A DNA stretch of 33,109 nucleotides from Micrococcales bacterium (GTDB lineage: Bacteria > Actinomycetota > Actinomycetes > Actinomycetales > Dermatophilaceae), in contig PKWT01000031.1 of NCBI GenBank assembly GCA_003132125.1, forward strand, positions 1-33,109. Direction: 5' to 3'. Below the pieces are notes generated by a model. It had not been told where the DNA came from. It did no database searches and saw only the letters and a list, made by a program, of their open reading frames with translations. The position numbers and the translations under genes were made by a program. Within the stretch, counting starts at the first letter, position 1. Each line of letters begins with the position of its first letter. This document shows, one piece after another, positions 31,180 through 33,109 of this stretch.

Positions 31180-31488
31180 TTACGCGCCCTTCGACTTGCC
31201 AGCGGCGTCAGCAGCCGGCGGGACGTCGGCCGCGGGCACCGGGGTCTCCGGCGCGGGCGGCGCGGGCGTCTCCGGCGCGGGCGGCGCGGGGGTCTCCGGT
31301 GCGGGCGGCGCGGGGGTCTCCGGTGCGGGCGTGACCGCGGCCTCGAGTGGGACCTCGAGCACGGAGGCCATGCCGGCGGCGATCATGACGGCAGCCTCGG
31401 CGTCGGGCAGGTCGATGACCTCGCCCTTCGGTGGCCACGGTGCGCCGTCGCGCGAGCCGGAGATGAAGGCCTCGATGGTGACCTGCAT
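31180..31488 (-). CDS. Conserved actinophage head-region protein (102 aa) with a C-terminal (APETPAPP)n repeat
   Basis: Trimmed to ATG 31488 with GGAAGG SD. MQVTIEAFISGSRDGAPWPPKGEVIDLPDAEAAVMIAAGMA resembles proteins found just after capsid genes in actinophages (recognition only). Confidence 0.68.
   Translation of the reverse strand: MQVTIEAFISGSRDGAPWPPKGEVIDLPDAEAAVMIAAGMASVLEVPLEAAVTPAPETPAPPAPETPAPPAPETPAPPAPETPVPAADVPPAADAAGKSKGA
31241..31331. repeat. 24-bp tandem repeat, about 3.8 copies (ggggtctccggygcgggcggcgcg), in frame, encoding APETPAPP units
   Basis: Read directly from the sequence. Units at 31241, 31265 and 31289, plus a partial unit at 31313. Confidence 0.9.
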
Positions 31489-31527
31489 GGCGTGTCCTTC
31501 CGTTGAGCGGGTGCGTGGGGTGTCGCG

Positions 31528-31558
31528 GCGGGCCCGGGCGACCGGCGCCCGGGCCCGC
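31528..31558 (-). terminator. Very strong hairpin (13-bp perfect GC stem, 5-nt loop) immediately after the major capsid gene
   Basis: gcgggcccgggcg accgg cgcccgggcccgc, read directly from the sequence. No U-tract, so it is likely a partial terminator or an mRNA stabiliser. Confidence 0.5.
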
Positions 31559-31573
31559 TGCGGCGTGAGTGGA

Positions 31574-32824
31574 TCAGGACGCGGCGCCGACGAAGTGCTT
31601 GACGGCGCCCGTCTGGTCGAGCAGGGTTCCGTCCGCGCGGAGCACCGCACGGAACGTCGTCTGGTCGGTGTTGAACTGGTAGTCGCGGGACTGCTCGAAG
31701 CGCAGCCCGTTGACGATCCGCGCGAAGTACGCGGCCATGTCCCCGAAGATCACCGACTTGGCGTTCAGGGCCGTGCCCGGCATCCAGACCTCGGAGATGA
31801 CCCGCTTGCCGAGCATCGTGTCCGGCGTCCCCTCGGTCAGGCCCGGCTGCCACAGGTACTGCCCGTAGGTGTTCTTCAGGGTCCGCAGGACCCCGACGGT
31901 CACGTCGTTCGTGATCCACGCCGCGGAGGCCGCGGCCCGGTACTGCGGGATGACCGAGTAGTACAGGGCGATCATGTCGTCGAAGTTCGGCGCGCCCACC
32001 ACGGCCGTGGACCCGGTCTTGCCGAGGGTCGTCAGGGTTGTGATCCCGGTCGGCTGACCGGTGCCGGTGCCGACGACGAGGCCCTGGCCGATGAGGTTGC
32101 CGATCGCGCGACCGGCCTGCATCGACAGGTACCCCTGGAGATCCACGCCGGTGTCCTCGATGAGCTCGTTCGCCACCGAGATCAGCAGCCCCGCCTTGTA
32201 CGCCGAGAGGGTGCGCTGGGCGAACGCCGGGTCGGACTCGTTCAGCGGGGCCTGCGCCGCACCCCACGTTGCGGTCGAATGCGACGTGGTCGTGGGCAGC
32301 TGGATCTGGTTGCCGTCGTTGGTCTGCAGGACCGTGATGCCCGACTGCAGCATCTGCGAGGAGTTGATCAGGTGCGCCCACAGCTGGTTATAGAAGTTCG
32401 TCGGCTGGGTCGCACCACCGGCGGCCGCCGTTAGCCCGGACAGGCCCGCGCGCTGCTCCCGGTACGCCCCAGCAGCCCGAACCTCGGCGACCGTTGGGTT
32501 GATCTCGTAGGCGCGGGTCTCACCGCGCAGGAACGCGCGCAGCGCCTCGGACTCGTTCGCCTTGGCCGGCGCGTGGGCCGGGTTCACCGGCGCCTCGGCG
32601 AGCTTGCGCAGCGACTCCTCGGACGCCGTCGCGTTGCGCTCGTCCTCGATCAGCTTGTCGACCATCGCCCGGGAGGCGTTCAGGTCCTCGGTCATCTTCG
32701 CGTAGGAGGCCTCCTCCTCGCCGGTGAGCTTGCGCTCTTCCTTGGTGGCTGCATCGAGAAGCGCCTTGGCCTGCTCCCAGGTCTTGGCCCGCTGCTCGAG
32801 GAGCATCGTCGTGTATCCGCTCAC
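31574..32824 (-). CDS. Major capsid protein, HK97 fold, with N-terminal delta (scaffold) domain
   Basis: A coiled-coil N-terminus of about 100 aa is followed by a capsid body (e.g. GLLISVANELIEDTGVDL, NDVTVGVLRTLKNTYGQYLWQP). GTG 32824 has GGAGA 7 nt upstream. The listed ATG 32845 sits next to a hairpin and has no SD. Confidence 0.93.
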   Translation of the reverse strand: MSGYTTMLLEQRAKTWEQAKALLDAATKEERKLTGEEEASYAKMTEDLNASRAMVDKLIEDERNATASEESLRKLAEAPVNPAHAPAKANESEALRAFLRGETRAYEINPTVAEVRAAGAYREQRAGLSGLTAAAGGATQPTNFYNQLWAHLINSSQMLQSGITVLQTNDGNQIQLPTTTSHSTATWGAAQAPLNESDPAFAQRTLSAYKAGLLISVANELIEDTGVDLQGYLSMQAGRAIGNLIGQGLVVGTGTGQPTGITTLTTLGKTGSTAVVGAPNFDDMIALYYSVIPQYRAAASAAWITNDVTVGVLRTLKNTYGQYLWQPGLTEGTPDTMLGKRVISEVWMPGTALNAKSVIFGDMAAYFARIVNGLRFEQSRDYQFNTDQTTFRAVLRADGTLLDQTGAVKHFVGAAS

Positions 32825-32850
32825 GGTCGTTCTCCGTTCTGGCATGCGAA

Positions 32851-32877
32851 AGCCCCCGGTCGGATGACGCGGGGGCT
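32851..32877 (-). other. Hairpin (8-bp stem agcccccg / cgggggct, 11-nt loop) between the protease and capsid genes
   Basis: Read directly from the sequence. Followed by ttt on the minus strand. Confidence 0.35.
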
Positions 32878-32924
32878 GGGGTGATGCGGGCCGCGGTGGT
32901 TGTCGACCTGCCGCGAGGGGCGTG

Positions 32925-33109
32925 CTACTTCAGTGCGTCGAGCTCCAACGAACGGAGCAGGACGCTCGCCGGGGCCGAGTGCGTGGCGCGCTGCTCGGTC
33001 GGCGACGGGTCGGACCGCGGCATCGGCATCTGCGCCGCGGAATCAGTGGCCGGCTCGGCGGCGTCGTCGTCGTCGACGTCGTCGGGGTCGGGGTCGGGGG
33101 ACGGGACCT
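32925..33109 (-). CDS. C-terminal tail of the prohead protease (continuation of 652..1 across the window junction), acidic/Pro-rich, ending ...LLRSLELDALK
   Basis: Own translation. The split codon (33108, 33109, 1) reads AAG, and the frame runs uninterrupted to TAG at 32925..32927. Sequence: ...AAYLKVPSPDPDPDDVDDDDAAEPATDSAAQMPMPRSDPSPTEQRATHSAPASVLLRSLELDALK. Confidence 0.7.
   Translation of the reverse strand, partial: VPSPDPDPDDVDDDDAAEPATDSAAQMPMPRSDPSPTEQRATHSAPASVLLRSLELDALK

Larger units (their letters stand above)
1..33109. mobile_element. Complete, circularly permuted temperate siphovirus genome (HK97-like head module, tyrosine integrase); no host flanks visible
   Basis: All phage modules are present once (packaging, head, tail, lysis, lysogeny, early). 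The protease ORF crosses the window ends in frame. Gene density is uniformly high with high GC3. Confidence 0.8.

Noticed and set aside
31241-31331. CRISPR-like array.
   Set aside because: The 24-bp units are directly adjacent with no spacers, lie in frame inside a coding sequence, and no cas genes are present. It is a coding tandem repeat.
1-33109. Diversity-generating retroelement, retron, toxin-antitoxin pair, or a known multi-gene defence system (RM, Abi, CBASS-like).
   Set aside because: I recognised no reverse transcriptase, methyltransferase, restriction-type ATPase/helicase, cyclase or nuclease-NTPase signatures beyond the two HNH motifs and the ParB domains. Template/variable repeat pairs were not seen either. 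Absence is based on reading only and should be confirmed with profile searches.

Overview
The 33,109-nt window reads as one complete, circularly permuted genome of a temperate siphovirus with HK97-type head genes, from a high-GC, actinobacterial-type host. I see no host flanking DNA: the prohead protease ORF leaves the left edge and re-enters in frame at the right edge. Almost everything is on the minus strand. Reading in the direction of transcription: (i) a Cro-like HTH gene at 17682 heads a roughly 12.7 kb early operon (17682 down to 4749) of about 30 small genes, nearly all joined by ATGA/GTGA start-stop overlaps. It includes two ParB/Srx-fold proteins flanking a beta-clamp-like::FtsK-gamma fusion, several HTH proteins, a wHTH+HNH protein, DUF4326-like and DUF6221-like proteins, and three consecutive small membrane proteins. 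(ii) The late operon starts with an HNH endonuclease (4144..4479) and an AT-rich candidate cos region. It continues through terS, terL, portal and protease (which wraps the window ends), then major capsid, head-tail connectors and major tail. Tail chaperone (possible -1 frameshift), tape measure, two tail-tip proteins and the lysis cassette (GH25 endolysin plus holin) follow, and the operon ends at a strong hairpin at 20102..20129. (iii) A plus-strand lysogeny cassette at 17806..19756 encodes a repressor-like HTH paralogous to Cro, two small genes and a tyrosine integrase. The main hunt result concerns attP. The only attP-like sequence I can find is the 3' end of a tRNA plus a terminator hairpin, and it lies inside the 3' part of the repressor ORF. 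Both the repressor and the integrase end in Ala-Ala. This matches the integration-dependent immunity design known from some mycobacteriophages, here in a variant layout. Other points worth follow-up are the ParB / clamp-FtsK-gamma / ParB module in a genome with no recognisable replication enzymes, two apparently autonomous leaderless genes (19770..20039 and the reverse-oriented 22445..22666), and a 40-nt near-identical DNA segment shared by two otherwise dissimilar early genes. Three coupled micro-ORFs are also missing from the ORF track. All calls rest on my own reading and translation; no database search was possible, so family names are recognition-level inferences.
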